Shown piece after piece: positions 9,878-18,792 of a stretch of 64,000 nucleotides of DNA. A model generated the notes under the pieces. The model searched no databases. It was not told the DNA's origin and saw only the letters and a list, made by a program, of their open reading frames with translations. The position numbers and the translations under genes are program-made. Where the stretch lies: sequence record DRR723986_2372, one strand, 5' to 3'. Position 1 is the first letter of the stretch, and each line of letters begins with the position of its first letter.

Positions 9878-10480
9878 CTAGTGAGACGATGCGAGTTGAT
9901 GTTCGAGGCTAAGGTCGGGCAGGGCTTTTACGGTGAGCGTTTCGAACGTCCCAAAATCCAGCTCTGCCTGCCAAATGTCGCCCAGGCTACCACCTGTCAA
10001 AGCGTACCGCAAAACGGCTGCCATCGGCTGGGGAACCAAAATGCCGATGCGGCCGTTCTTGTGCCGGCGGAACAGTTTGTTTAGCGTTGATTGAATTCGC
10101 GAAAGCACGTCTTGAACCGTTTCGCCTTCGGGAGGACACACGTCGACGGGGTGTTCTTGAAACTGGCGGTAGACTTTCGGTTGGCATCGTTTTACATCGG
10201 AGACCAACTTGCCCTGCCACAGGCCGTGATTCCAATTACGAAGGGCCTCAAGTGTTTTTTGTTTGCAGTGATTGGCTGCTCGAATCTGTTTCGCAGACTC
10301 AAGCGCTGACTCACAGGGAGCCACATACAAGCACTCGAGGGCCACGTCGGCAAGTTTCTCTGCCAACTGTTGAGCTTGCAGGCGACCGGGCTCGCTGAGC
10401 GGAATGTCCATCGCGCCTTTGATGCGACCTTCTTCATCGAAAGTCGTTGAACCGGGGCGAATCAGGAGTACTTCTAACAT
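9878..10480 (-). CDS. Histidine-phosphatase/phosphoglycerate-mutase-fold protein with degenerate active site
   Basis: LIRPGST..EGRIKG..DIPLSEPGRLQA, GLWQG, PPEGET; the RHG motif reads RPG. Confidence 0.8.
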   Translation of the reverse strand: MLEVLLIRPGSTTFDEEGRIKGAMDIPLSEPGRLQAQQLAEKLADVALECLYVAPCESALESAKQIRAANHCKQKTLEALRNWNHGLWQGKLVSDVKRCQPKVYRQFQEHPVDVCPPEGETVQDVLSRIQSTLNKLFRRHKNGRIGILVPQPMAAVLRYALTGGSLGDIWQAELDFGTFETLTVKALPDLSLEHQLASSH

Positions 10481-10580
10481 TGGATTCTCTAGCGAACTGT
10501 GGGGCACCGCTGCTTCTAAACGGAATCTTGACCGCGGCGGAGTCGGCCTGCCGATCAGTGTTGATGGGCTGACCTAAAGA

Positions 10581-11264
10581 TCACCCTACGGCTTCTCTAA
10601 GTTGTTCGACCGCATGTGAGTAGTCGTCTTTGCCGAAGATTGCCGAGCCGACAACCATCAGCGTTGCTCCAGCTTCGGAGCAGTCACGGATCGTGGATGC
10701 ATTGATGCCACCATCGACCTCCAAGAGCAAGTCTGGGAACTCAGCTTTTGCACTGCGTAACTTCTCAAGCGCGACTGGATTGAACTTCTGCCCGCCGAAG
10801 CCCGCACTGACGCTCATCGGCAAAAATAAATCGCATTTCGGAAGCAAGTCCCGGACACTTTCAAAACTGGTGTCCGGATTGACCGCCAGACCGGCTCCTA
10901 TGCCAGCACCGCGAATCTGCTCCAGGACTTCACCGGCAGACTCTTCAATTTCGGCATGAATGGTCAAGCAATCGGCGCCAGCATCAACGAATTGCCGCAC
11001 GTAGTCACTCGGCTTAGAAATCATCAAATGGACGTCGAGCGGAATACTCGTCAGCCTTCGCAGGCCTTCCACGATCGGCATTCCGTACGTAATGTTCGGC
11101 ACGAAGCTACCGTCCATCACATCCAAGTGCAGGGCTTTGATGCCCGCCTCTTCCAATTGCTCTAGCTCGCGCTGTAAGTTGCCGAAGTCGCAAAGCAGCA
11201 GACTGGGCAAGACGATCAAACGGTCGCCGCGAAGCGTTTCCATTGCTGGCGTTTTGGTGTCCAT
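10581..11264 (-). CDS. rpe: Ribulose-phosphate 3-epimerase
   Basis: LHLDVMDGSFVPNITYG, DVHLMI, MSVSAGFGGQKF, EVDGGIN, VVGSAIF. Start trimmed. Confidence 0.95.
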   Translation of the reverse strand: MDTKTPAMETLRGDRLIVLPSLLLCDFGNLQRELEQLEEAGIKALHLDVMDGSFVPNITYGMPIVEGLRRLTSIPLDVHLMISKPSDYVRQFVDAGADCLTIHAEIEESAGEVLEQIRGAGIGAGLAVNPDTSFESVRDLLPKCDLFLPMSVSAGFGGQKFNPVALEKLRSAKAEFPDLLLEVDGGINASTIRDCSEAGATLMVVGSAIFGKDDYSHAVEQLREAVG

Positions 11265-11311
11265 CACGCCAATGTTGATCTCGGAGACGAGAAACGCAAG
11301 AGGAGAGTGGC

Positions 11312-11424
11312 CGGCAGCGCTGCCCTGAGCCAGCCTGGAGACCTCCGCAGAGCCGCCTTCGGCGCTAGAAAACTCCCGTAGGCGACCCTTGGGGCAACTC
11401 AGAGCACATTGCTGTGAACTGCCG
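11312..11424 (-). ncRNA. Candidate structured RNA (long interrupted hairpin) upstream of rpe; family unassigned
   Basis: Three nested stems; G-U pairs work on the minus strand; GATAAT -10-like box immediately upstream. Confidence 0.45.
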
Positions 11425-11626
11425 CAATTATCAGGTCTAGCACAAATTCGATCACCTACCCCCCTGAAATAACAGGCTTCAGGTCGTAGAAGCGTCAAAT
11501 TGAGTGAAACGCCAGCGTAATCATTGCGTTAGGGAAACTGAGATACGACCGATTCAGCGAGCCCCATTCAGCAAGACCGGCCAATCGCGTCCGTCAGTGT
11601 GATCAAACGGAAACAACGAAACGCCA

Positions 11627-11656
11627 ACAGCCACCGAGGGGACGCTCGGTGGCTGT
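11627..11656 (-). terminator. Likely terminator hairpin after the VPS10-like gene
   Basis: ACAGCCACCGAG / CTCGGTGGCTGT perfect 12-bp stem; weak U-rich tail on the minus strand. Confidence 0.6.
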
Positions 11657-11689
11657 CTGTTCTAGCTTTACTTGGGATTCGCGGCAGGA

Positions 11690-14600
11690 CTACGGTAGGT
11701 CGCGACCGGCCGTCCAGGGGAGACCAGCGTTGTCCGCGGCCTTCTTGATGCGTTCAACATCCTTCAGAAGGCTGGCTAGCGTCGTGCGAATCTCAGCGTA
11801 CTGCTTCTTGCCGATGCGGAGTTGCTCGCGGTGCGTCTTGGTCGGTCCGTAGGTTTGTCCCAAGGTACCAAAGTAAGCACGTTGAACACGAGCAAATGCC
11901 GGAACCGGAGCGGCGTGGCTTAGGCTTCCCTTGATGTCATCACCAGAGAACTCAACCTGCAGATCAAGGAGAGCGAGCTCGGTCTCGCGGGCTTGTGCTT
12001 CAAGTTCGACTTGCGGATCACGCAGACGTGCAAGGGTTGCTTGAACTTCGTCAATCTCCTCGAGCGCTTCGGACAGTTTTTGAGCACCTGCGGACATCTC
12101 GGTAAGAGCATCTGCAACTTCCATTTGGAACTTGAGTGTCTTGTCGGCAGGTTGCGACTCAAGAGTTCCAGGGATCGCGTTGACAACCTTGAAGGCAACT
12201 GGTTCACAGAGCTTTTCGCGTTTGCCGTCGACGATCGATTCGGCGTGCACCTTGTACTCGCCAGGAGTTGCCAATGGTCCGCCTCCAGGGAAACCGCTGT
12301 AGCGGAAGTTCCAGGCGGTGCGGTGCATCCCCTTACTTGTGCTGGCTGGAACTCGAGCGACCACTCGGCCTTTCTTGTCCGCAACAACTAGTTCCATCTT
12401 CGGAGCAATTTGACGTTGTTCATCGCGTAGTTCGTCCCAGGACGGTGGCAGGTTATCCTTGCCCGCCGTCTTGTTCTTCGCTTCGCGGCTCTTCCGCTCT
12501 GCCTTCAGCGTTTTCAGCGACTCAGGAACGATGTAGGTGAACACCGCGCCGTAGTCGGGATTCTGTGCGATGAAGTAGCCATCGCCCTGTGAACCGCGTG
12601 GACCACCCAGCACGCGATCTTGCAAGTAGAAAGGAGCGTCGGCGATCGGAAGGATTGCAAACTCTTTGCTCGCTAGACTTTCCGACGAAAGCGTTCGTAG
12701 TGGGCTGTAGTCGTCCAGTACGTAGAAACCGCGTCCAAAGGTTGCTCCCACTAAGTCGTTGTGGTCGCGTTGGATTTCCAAATCGCGGAACGGTATCGTC
12801 GGCGTACCAGGCAGTTTTGCCCAGTGAATGCCTGCATCGATTGTGAAGTACGCGCCGAACTCCGTTCCCAGGAACATGAGGTCGGTGTTCTCGTCATCTT
12901 GGATAATTCGCCAGCAGAGGTGACGCTCTGGCAAGTCGCCAACGATTGACTCCCAGGTGTGTCCACGGTCACGCGATCGCAGAACGTACGACGTGTAGTC
13001 ACCCGTCTTGTGATTGTCGACGCACACGTAGACGGTGTCCGGATCCTTACGATCTGCCTTAATGTCGTTTACAAAGAAGTACTCCGGCACGCCGAAGATC
13101 TTATCGATCTTTCTCCAGTTCTTGCCACCGTCCTCGGAGACTTGGATGAGTCCATCGTCAGTGCCGACATAGAGCAGTCCTTCAACGACCGGTGATTCGT
13201 CGATCGAAGTGATATTCCCATACTGGCTCATCGCATAGACATCAATGATCGAATCGACGCTCCAGACGCGTTCCATGTGCGGGAGCGTAAGACGGTTGAT
13301 GTTGCGACTCAGGTCAGGGCTAATCGTCTCCCACGAATCGCCGCGATCGTCACTTCGATGCAACTTCTTGGATCCGAAGTAGATCCGCGTGTTGGAGTGC
13401 GGGCTGATCTCGATTGGGGAATCCCAGTTGTGTCGCAGATCGTCTTCGCCCTCACCAGGCTGAGGCTTGATGTCAACCGACTGGCCCGTCTTACGATCAA
13501 AGCGGCGGATGAAACCTTCTTGAGACTCGCTGTAAATAATGTCTGGATTCTTCGGATCAATCGCACAATCATGCCCGTCGCCACCGATGGTGATTCTCCA
13601 GTCGGCGTTGCGAATGCCGGAATTGTTGCGAGTTTGCACGGGGCCGTACTGAGTGTTGTTGTCCTGCGTCCCACCAACGACGTGGTAGAAGGGAAACTCG
13701 TACGAGACCGCGACCTTGTAAAACTGAGTCAGCGGCAGGTTGGCCGTGAATTGATATGTGGACGCGTAGTCGTAGGACTTGTACAGCCCACCGTCGCAGC
13801 CGACGAGCAGGAAGTCAGGATCGGTTGGATGAAATGCAACGGCGTGATTGTCAACGTGTTTGTTATTGCTACTGACGGATGTCCAGGTCTTGCCGCCGTC
13901 TTCGCTTCGCCCAAGCTGGACGTTTGCGTGATACAAAACATCGAACCGGTGCGGATCGCAGTAGATTTCCTGGTAGTAGTGTGGGCCAGTTCCACCGGCA
14001 ACATAGTCGCTCATCTTCGCCCAGCTCTCACCGTAGTCTTCGGATCGGAAAACGCCGCCGCCGTCAGCCAATTCAATGGTGACGTAGACAACATTGGACT
14101 TGAGAGGGCTAACGGCGATCGACATCTTGCCCTTGTCCTCGCCTGGCAAGCCGCTGGTGAGCTTCCGCCAGCTATCGCCGCCATCTGTGGATTTGTAAAC
14201 CGCACTCTCAGGCCCGCCATCAATGAGCGCCCATACAGTCCGGTGCCGCTGATGCGTTACAGCGTAAAGCGTCTTTGGATTTGTTGGATCCATGGTTATG
14301 TCGGTGCAGCCGGTCCATTTGCCCGCTTCTAGGACCAGTTCCCAGTGTTCGCCACCGTCTGTGGTTCGGTACAGGCCACGTTCGCCACCAGCACTCCACA
14401 AAGGCCCTTGCGCGGCAACGTAGACTGTCGACGAGTCGCGTGGGTGAACGATAATCTTGCTGATGTGTTCTGACTTCTTCAGCCCAACATTCTTAAAGGA
14501 TTTACCGCCGTTGTGGCTGACGTAAACGCCATCGCCAAATCCAACGTGTCGACCGGCAACATTCTCTCCAGTGCCAACCCAAACCGTGTTGTGATTGCTT

Positions 14601-15019
14601 GGGTCAATCGTGATGCAGCCAATTGAGTACGAACTGTAGTTGTCGAAGATTGGCTTCCAAGTGGTTCCTGCATTGGTCGTCTTCCAAACGTTCCCGGAGC
14701 CTGCCGCAACGTACCACGTGTTCGGCTGCTCAGGATCGACAGCCACGTCAGCGATGCGACCAGACATCAAAGCCGGTCCGATGCTGCGCATTGATAGTGC
14801 GGAAATATCACCAGTCGACAACTTTGCGTCCGGCTTCGCGGGCGACTCTGCATCAGCCGCAATCGAGTGTTTTGATGGCATCGCAAGCAAAGCCGCCAGC
14901 AACGCCCAAGTGGTTAGCACTCGATTGGTTACCACTCGACTGGTTACCACTCGAAGGTAGGGAGGCTTGTGCGGACCATTCGATAAAAGCTTTGTTTGCC
15001 GTCGGGGGGCAACCTGCAT
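11690..15019 (-). CDS. Secreted VPS10/sortilin-like BNR (Asp-box) repeat protein, putative glycosyl hydrolase
   Basis: RSIGPALMSGRIAD; many SxDGGxxW Asp-boxes; C-terminal coiled coil; signal peptide. Start uncertain. Confidence 0.88.
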   Translation of the reverse strand: MQVAPRRQTKLLSNGPHKPPYLRVVTSRVVTNRVLTTWALLAALLAMPSKHSIAADAESPAKPDAKLSTGDISALSMRSIGPALMSGRIADVAVDPEQPNTWYVAAGSGNVWKTTNAGTTWKPIFDNYSSYSIGCITIDPSNHNTVWVGTGENVAGRHVGFGDGVYVSHNGGKSFKNVGLKKSEHISKIIVHPRDSSTVYVAAQGPLWSAGGERGLYRTTDGGEHWELVLEAGKWTGCTDITMDPTNPKTLYAVTHQRHRTVWALIDGGPESAVYKSTDGGDSWRKLTSGLPGEDKGKMSIAVSPLKSNVVYVTIELADGGGVFRSEDYGESWAKMSDYVAGGTGPHYYQEIYCDPHRFDVLYHANVQLGRSEDGGKTWTSVSSNNKHVDNHAVAFHPTDPDFLLVGCDGGLYKSYDYASTYQFTANLPLTQFYKVAVSYEFPFYHVVGGTQDNNTQYGPVQTRNNSGIRNADWRITIGGDGHDCAIDPKNPDIIYSESQEGFIRRFDRKTGQSVDIKPQPGEGEDDLRHNWDSPIEISPHSNTRIYFGSKKLHRSDDRGDSWETISPDLSRNINRLTLPHMERVWSVDSIIDVYAMSQYGNITSIDESPVVEGLLYVGTDDGLIQVSEDGGKNWRKIDKIFGVPEYFFVNDIKADRKDPDTVYVCVDNHKTGDYTSYVLRSRDRGHTWESIVGDLPERHLCWRIIQDDENTDLMFLGTEFGAYFTIDAGIHWAKLPGTPTIPFRDLEIQRDHNDLVGATFGRGFYVLDDYSPLRTLSSESLASKEFAILPIADAPFYLQDRVLGGPRGSQGDGYFIAQNPDYGAVFTYIVPESLKTLKAERKSREAKNKTAGKDNLPPSWDELRDEQRQIAPKMELVVADKKGRVVARVPASTSKGMHRTAWNFRYSGFPGGGPLATPGEYKVHAESIVDGKREKLCEPVAFKVVNAIPGTLESQPADKTLKFQMEVADALTEMSAGAQKLSEALEEIDEVQATLARLRDPQVELEAQARETELALLDLQVEFSGDDIKGSLSHAAPVPAFARVQRAYFGTLGQTYGPTKTHREQLRIGKKQYAEIRTTLASLLKDVERIKKAADNAGLPWTAGRDLP
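14911..14955. repeat. 15-bp tandem repeat x3 (TGGTTACCACTCGAN) in the N-terminal coding region
   Basis: Units at 14911, 14926 and 14941; encodes RVVTS/RVVTN/RVLTT. Confidence 0.85.
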
Positions 15020-15369
15020 TGGAATCTCTCCTGAGAGTATGAAGCGGTGGGTGATTGATCGAGGCGTGGGAAATAAAGCTTGGCCGCAAGTGCGATTCCG
15101 CCGAGTTGGCATTTCGCGGCTCACTTCGCCCACCTACAGCTTAGTCCGCCAGCGAGCTGAGTGGATGGATCGATCGCAATGGAGGCCATTCTGTTTGGCC
15201 TAGTATACGAAGACAAGAAATTCCTGTGAGGAATCCCGTTGAACCACGGCAGCCTTCAAGACGATGCACGCGTAAGCCGATCCCGGAAATTCAAAGGCCC
15301 CACGAAAGTCGAACTGTGCGCATAGTCGCCAAATTGAGCCTTAGGCCTATCTATTGTTGAAGTGATCTA

Positions 15370-15420
15370 TTGACGAATTTGTAGCAGCGGCTACACTTTC
15401 AGTTGTAGCATTGGCTACAA
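15370..15420 (+). promoter_or_regulatory. Sigma70-type promoter overlapped by two TGTAGC-N4-GCTACA palindromic operators
   Basis: TTGACG 15370-15375, TACACT 15392-15397; palindromes at 15380-15395 and 15404-15419. Confidence 0.75.
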
Positions 15421-15472
15421 ATCTGGGGCGGGATTGGCAGGATTTCCTGCGATTGTTGTTTTATACGAACGA

Positions 15473-16597
15473 ATGACAGCGAAACTGGAGCACTTTGTGA
15501 ACCGTCAACAGAGTCAATCAGCACACCTGACCAGCCTTCGAAGCGGCTTTACGCTGGTCGAACTGCTAGTTGTGATTGCAATCATCGGAATTCTTGTGGG
15601 GCTGCTACTGCCGGCGGTCCAGGCTGCTCGCGAGGCGGCTAGACGAATTCAATGCACGAATAACCTAAAGCAGATTGGCCTGGCGCTGCACAACTACGAA
15701 TCGGCTCACAAGGTGTTTCCGTCCGGCTACTGCACATACGCAACGCGAAATGGCAACGGTCCAGGATGGGCGGCCATCGATCCGCAAACCTGGGATGCCG
15801 CTCCAGGCTGGGGGTGGGGGACGCTTCTGTTACCGTTTCTCGAGCAAGGCAACATCGCCAATGGCCTGCGTCAAGATTTGCCCATCTGGGCTCCCGAGAA
15901 CAGCGGGCTGATCCAAAGGCAACTTCCTGGATTCCTGTGCCCTTCGGCCAGCGGACCACAAGAGAGCTTTATTGTTCGCGACGAAACGGGTGGAGCTCTC
16001 ACGCGATACGGATCGCCAATTCGAGTGGGACGTTCCAACTATATCGCGAGCCACGGTCAAGAATCGTGCTGGGGCGAATGCGGCGCGAGCGCAACCGGTC
16101 TCGTCTTTACGAACATCTACACCGGCACGACGACAACGGTCCGCATCGACGGGAACGCGGCAAACGTGGCCGACGGCCCCTTCTATCGCAACTCCAAAGT
16201 CGGTTTTCGAAACATCACCGATGGTACGTCGAACACCATCTTTATCAGCGAACATTCCTCGCGTTTGAGCGAAAAGACTTGGGTGGGTGTTGTTCCTGGC
16301 GCGTTTACACACCCGCGATTCACCACGCCTGAGAACGGCCCCGATGCAGCGGCTACGTTGGTGATGATGCACATCGGCCCGTCGGGCGGTGAGCTGGACA
16401 TTACGGGCAATCCTATCATTCACCCGATGAACTTCCCAACGTTGCACGTCGGTCAGATGTATTCTGAGCACACCGGTGGAGGCAATGTTTTGTACGGAGA
16501 CGGCAGTGTTCGCTTTATGCCTCAATCCATCGATCTATTCTTGGCGGCTGAGCTGGCAAGTATGGACGAAGGTGAAACGGTTGAGATTGAGCCATGA
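15473..16597 (+). CDS. DUF1559 prepilin-type N-terminal cleavage/methylation protein with H-X9-DG motif
   Basis: GFTLVELLVVIAIIGILVGLLLPAVQAAREAARRIQCTNNLKQIGLALHNY; HTGGGNVLYGDGS. Confidence 0.95.
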   Translation: MTAKLEHFVNRQQSQSAHLTSLRSGFTLVELLVVIAIIGILVGLLLPAVQAAREAARRIQCTNNLKQIGLALHNYESAHKVFPSGYCTYATRNGNGPGWAAIDPQTWDAAPGWGWGTLLLPFLEQGNIANGLRQDLPIWAPENSGLIQRQLPGFLCPSASGPQESFIVRDETGGALTRYGSPIRVGRSNYIASHGQESCWGECGASATGLVFTNIYTGTTTTVRIDGNAANVADGPFYRNSKVGFRNITDGTSNTIFISEHSSRLSEKTWVGVVPGAFTHPRFTTPENGPDAAATLVMMHIGPSGGELDITGNPIIHPMNFPTLHVGQMYSEHTGGGNVLYGDGSVRFMPQSIDLFLAAELASMDEGETVEIEP

Positions 16598-16926
16598 TTC
16601 GAGTCGCCCTAGCAGTCTTCGCAGTTGTCGTCTTAGCCGCCGGCCTGTATTTCGCATTCAGTGGCTACGGACAGTTGAGTCCCCGTGGTGCCGAGCTGGC
16701 ATTGGCTCTGCGCGGTGCCACAGGGCGGCAGGACATCGCAGCGATTGAAAAGACCGCCGAAACCGTTCAGGACGATACACAGTCCGGAGCCATCAGCGAG
16801 CAAGAGGCACAGTGGTTGAATGCTATCATCGCCGAAGCCCGCAACGGCGACTGGGCAAGCGCCTCGGACGCGGCCTCCGATCTGATGGGTGATCAAATGG
16901 TCGAGAACCAACTGCCGGAGCTATAG
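16594..16926 (+). CDS. Small membrane-anchored helical protein coupled to the DUF1559 gene
   Basis: ATGA overlap with the upstream stop; N-terminal transmembrane helix. Confidence 0.8.
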   Translation: MIRVALAVFAVVVLAAGLYFAFSGYGQLSPRGAELALALRGATGRQDIAAIEKTAETVQDDTQSGAISEQEAQWLNAIIAEARNGDWASASDAASDLMGDQMVENQLPEL

Positions 16927-17261
16927 CAAGTCGCCTCGACCACGTTGTTGTCAGCAGGATGCCTCCGGCCGCATTGTTTCAGCAGGGCTGTCCTAGCCCC
17001 CCTCTTCCGTCCACAGCGCTTCCACGAGTTCGCATTTGTAGGTGCATTTCTCGCGCGCCCAATCGCTCGCTTGAGGCGGCTTAGCATCGAAAAGTGCCTG
17101 TAGATTGGCCCAACTCAAAGCGCGGCTGGTAATCTGTGCGGCCTGTGCGGTTTCCCTTGTTTGCAGGGCTTGTGAGTTGCCGAAGACGATTGAACGCGCT
17201 GGCTCGACACCTGCGCCGAGAATCGCAATCGCTCGACACCTTCAAATATGCGGAGTCAAGG

Positions 17262-18722
17262 ATGACATCCAGCCCGAAATACTCGCCGCGAATTTCACGC
17301 CGCCGCCTCCTGGCCTCACTAGCTGGGACCATCGCAGTTGGTAGCGCGTCCAGCAGTTTTGGGTACGTTGGTGCTGAACAGAACAAGAATCGCAAGGGCG
17401 TTCTAGCGCGGCCAACGTCCGCGTTTGTATTGCAGACGCGTTGCAAATTGGTCGTCGAAGTTGACGGCAAGCTCCGCATCAACGAACCCGATCCCAAGAA
17501 GGAAGCCAAGGTTCGAACTGCGGAGGTGAAGGGCAAAACGACGCTGGAGTACTACGAACAAGCTCTGAGCGAAAATGCCTTGGCCGAGGTCTCGAAGCGA
17601 CAATACACTATTGCGAACACCGAGAATTGGATTTCTGGAAGTCGCTCCAGCATTGATCTCGACAGCAAACGCGACGACACCATTCATCAAATCAAAGATG
17701 GGCTGTGGCAACAATACTGCGACTCCAGCACACTGACGCACGAAGAGGTTGAGCTCACCCAGGCTCCCGTGAACTCAACTGTTTTGGAGTTGCTGCTGCC
17801 CGAGACTCCGGCGAAGCCTGATGCCGTGTGGAGCGTTAGTGCAGAGGATGCGGCTCAATTGCTGTACTTGGAAGCGGTGCAGAAGTCGACTCTCAAGTCC
17901 AAGGTCGTCAAGGTTGAAAAGGGCAAGGCGACGGTCAGCCTGAAGGGACAGGTTGACGGTTCCGCTCACGGAGTTCCGACAACACTAAAGATCAACGGCA
18001 ACTACCAAGTCTCGATTGGCCGCCAGGGCGCCTACGTAACTTGGCTCGGGATTGCCATCGCTGAAGACCGAGCCATCAGTGAAACTGAACCAGGCTTTAC
18101 CGTCAACGCACGCATCCGCCTCTTGAGGGCAGAAGCAACCCAAGACAAGAACTTGAGCGTTGCGTCGATGCGAAAAACGGCTCAGTCAACCAACGACGCG
18201 AACTGGTTGATTCGGCTCGTATCTGACAAGGGCAATTACTCAATGTTGGCCGACCGCAGATGGAAGACGTTCATCGACGGTGGAGAAGAAGCTATTCTCA
18301 GAATGGTCGAGAACAACTCCATTGTTGCCCAGTGCAACATCATGCGTCTGAAGTCGCTCCGCGAGGGCCAGCAACTGACTCTTGAAGCGTTGCAGGCGGA
18401 AATTCGCGATACCATCGGCAAGGGCTTTGAGCAGTTTCTCGAGTCCAGTGAGAAGCTTACCCACACCGGTCTACGATGCTTGCGTGTTGTCGCGATGGGC
18501 ACTCGAGACGACGTCCCAATCCAGTGGGTGTATGACCACATCTCCGATGATTCAGGACGCCGAATTTTCTTGGTTTACACCATGGGCGGAAACGTCACGG
18601 ACAAATTTGCCGCCAGCGATGAGCAGATGACGTCCACTTTCCGGTTTACCAAGTCGGCCGAAGAGGAGACGCCCAAAGAAGCTCCACTTCTATCGAGCAA
18701 GCCTGAGTCGAAGAAGCGATAA
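17262..18722 (+). CDS. Hypothetical exported protein with Tat-like signal
   Basis: SRRRLLASLAG twin-arginine-like N-terminus; long ORF. Confidence 0.8.
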   Translation: MTSSPKYSPRISRRRLLASLAGTIAVGSASSSFGYVGAEQNKNRKGVLARPTSAFVLQTRCKLVVEVDGKLRINEPDPKKEAKVRTAEVKGKTTLEYYEQALSENALAEVSKRQYTIANTENWISGSRSSIDLDSKRDDTIHQIKDGLWQQYCDSSTLTHEEVELTQAPVNSTVLELLLPETPAKPDAVWSVSAEDAAQLLYLEAVQKSTLKSKVVKVEKGKATVSLKGQVDGSAHGVPTTLKINGNYQVSIGRQGAYVTWLGIAIAEDRAISETEPGFTVNARIRLLRAEATQDKNLSVASMRKTAQSTNDANWLIRLVSDKGNYSMLADRRWKTFIDGGEEAILRMVENNSIVAQCNIMRLKSLREGQQLTLEALQAEIRDTIGKGFEQFLESSEKLTHTGLRCLRVVAMGTRDDVPIQWVYDHISDDSGRRIFLVYTMGGNVTDKFAASDEQMTSTFRFTKSAEEETPKEAPLLSSKPESKKR

Positions 18723-18792
18723 AACGCGACTAGGCCCTGCATTCGTTCCGCTTGTCGATCGGTGAAGATCACTCGGTAAAGATCACACTGTC

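Noticed and set aside
11330..11380. Canonical glycine riboswitch or SRP RNA call
   Set aside because: Only partial word matches, no second aptamer, no glycine-related gene downstream, and no SRP domain IV motif; kept only as an unassigned RNA
13277..14332. 351-aa plus-strand ORF and other long antisense ORFs (e.g. 15830-16525, 22989-23771, 26766-27542, 32565-33314)
   Set aside because: They lie opposite well-supported genes and have no motifs; shadow ORFs
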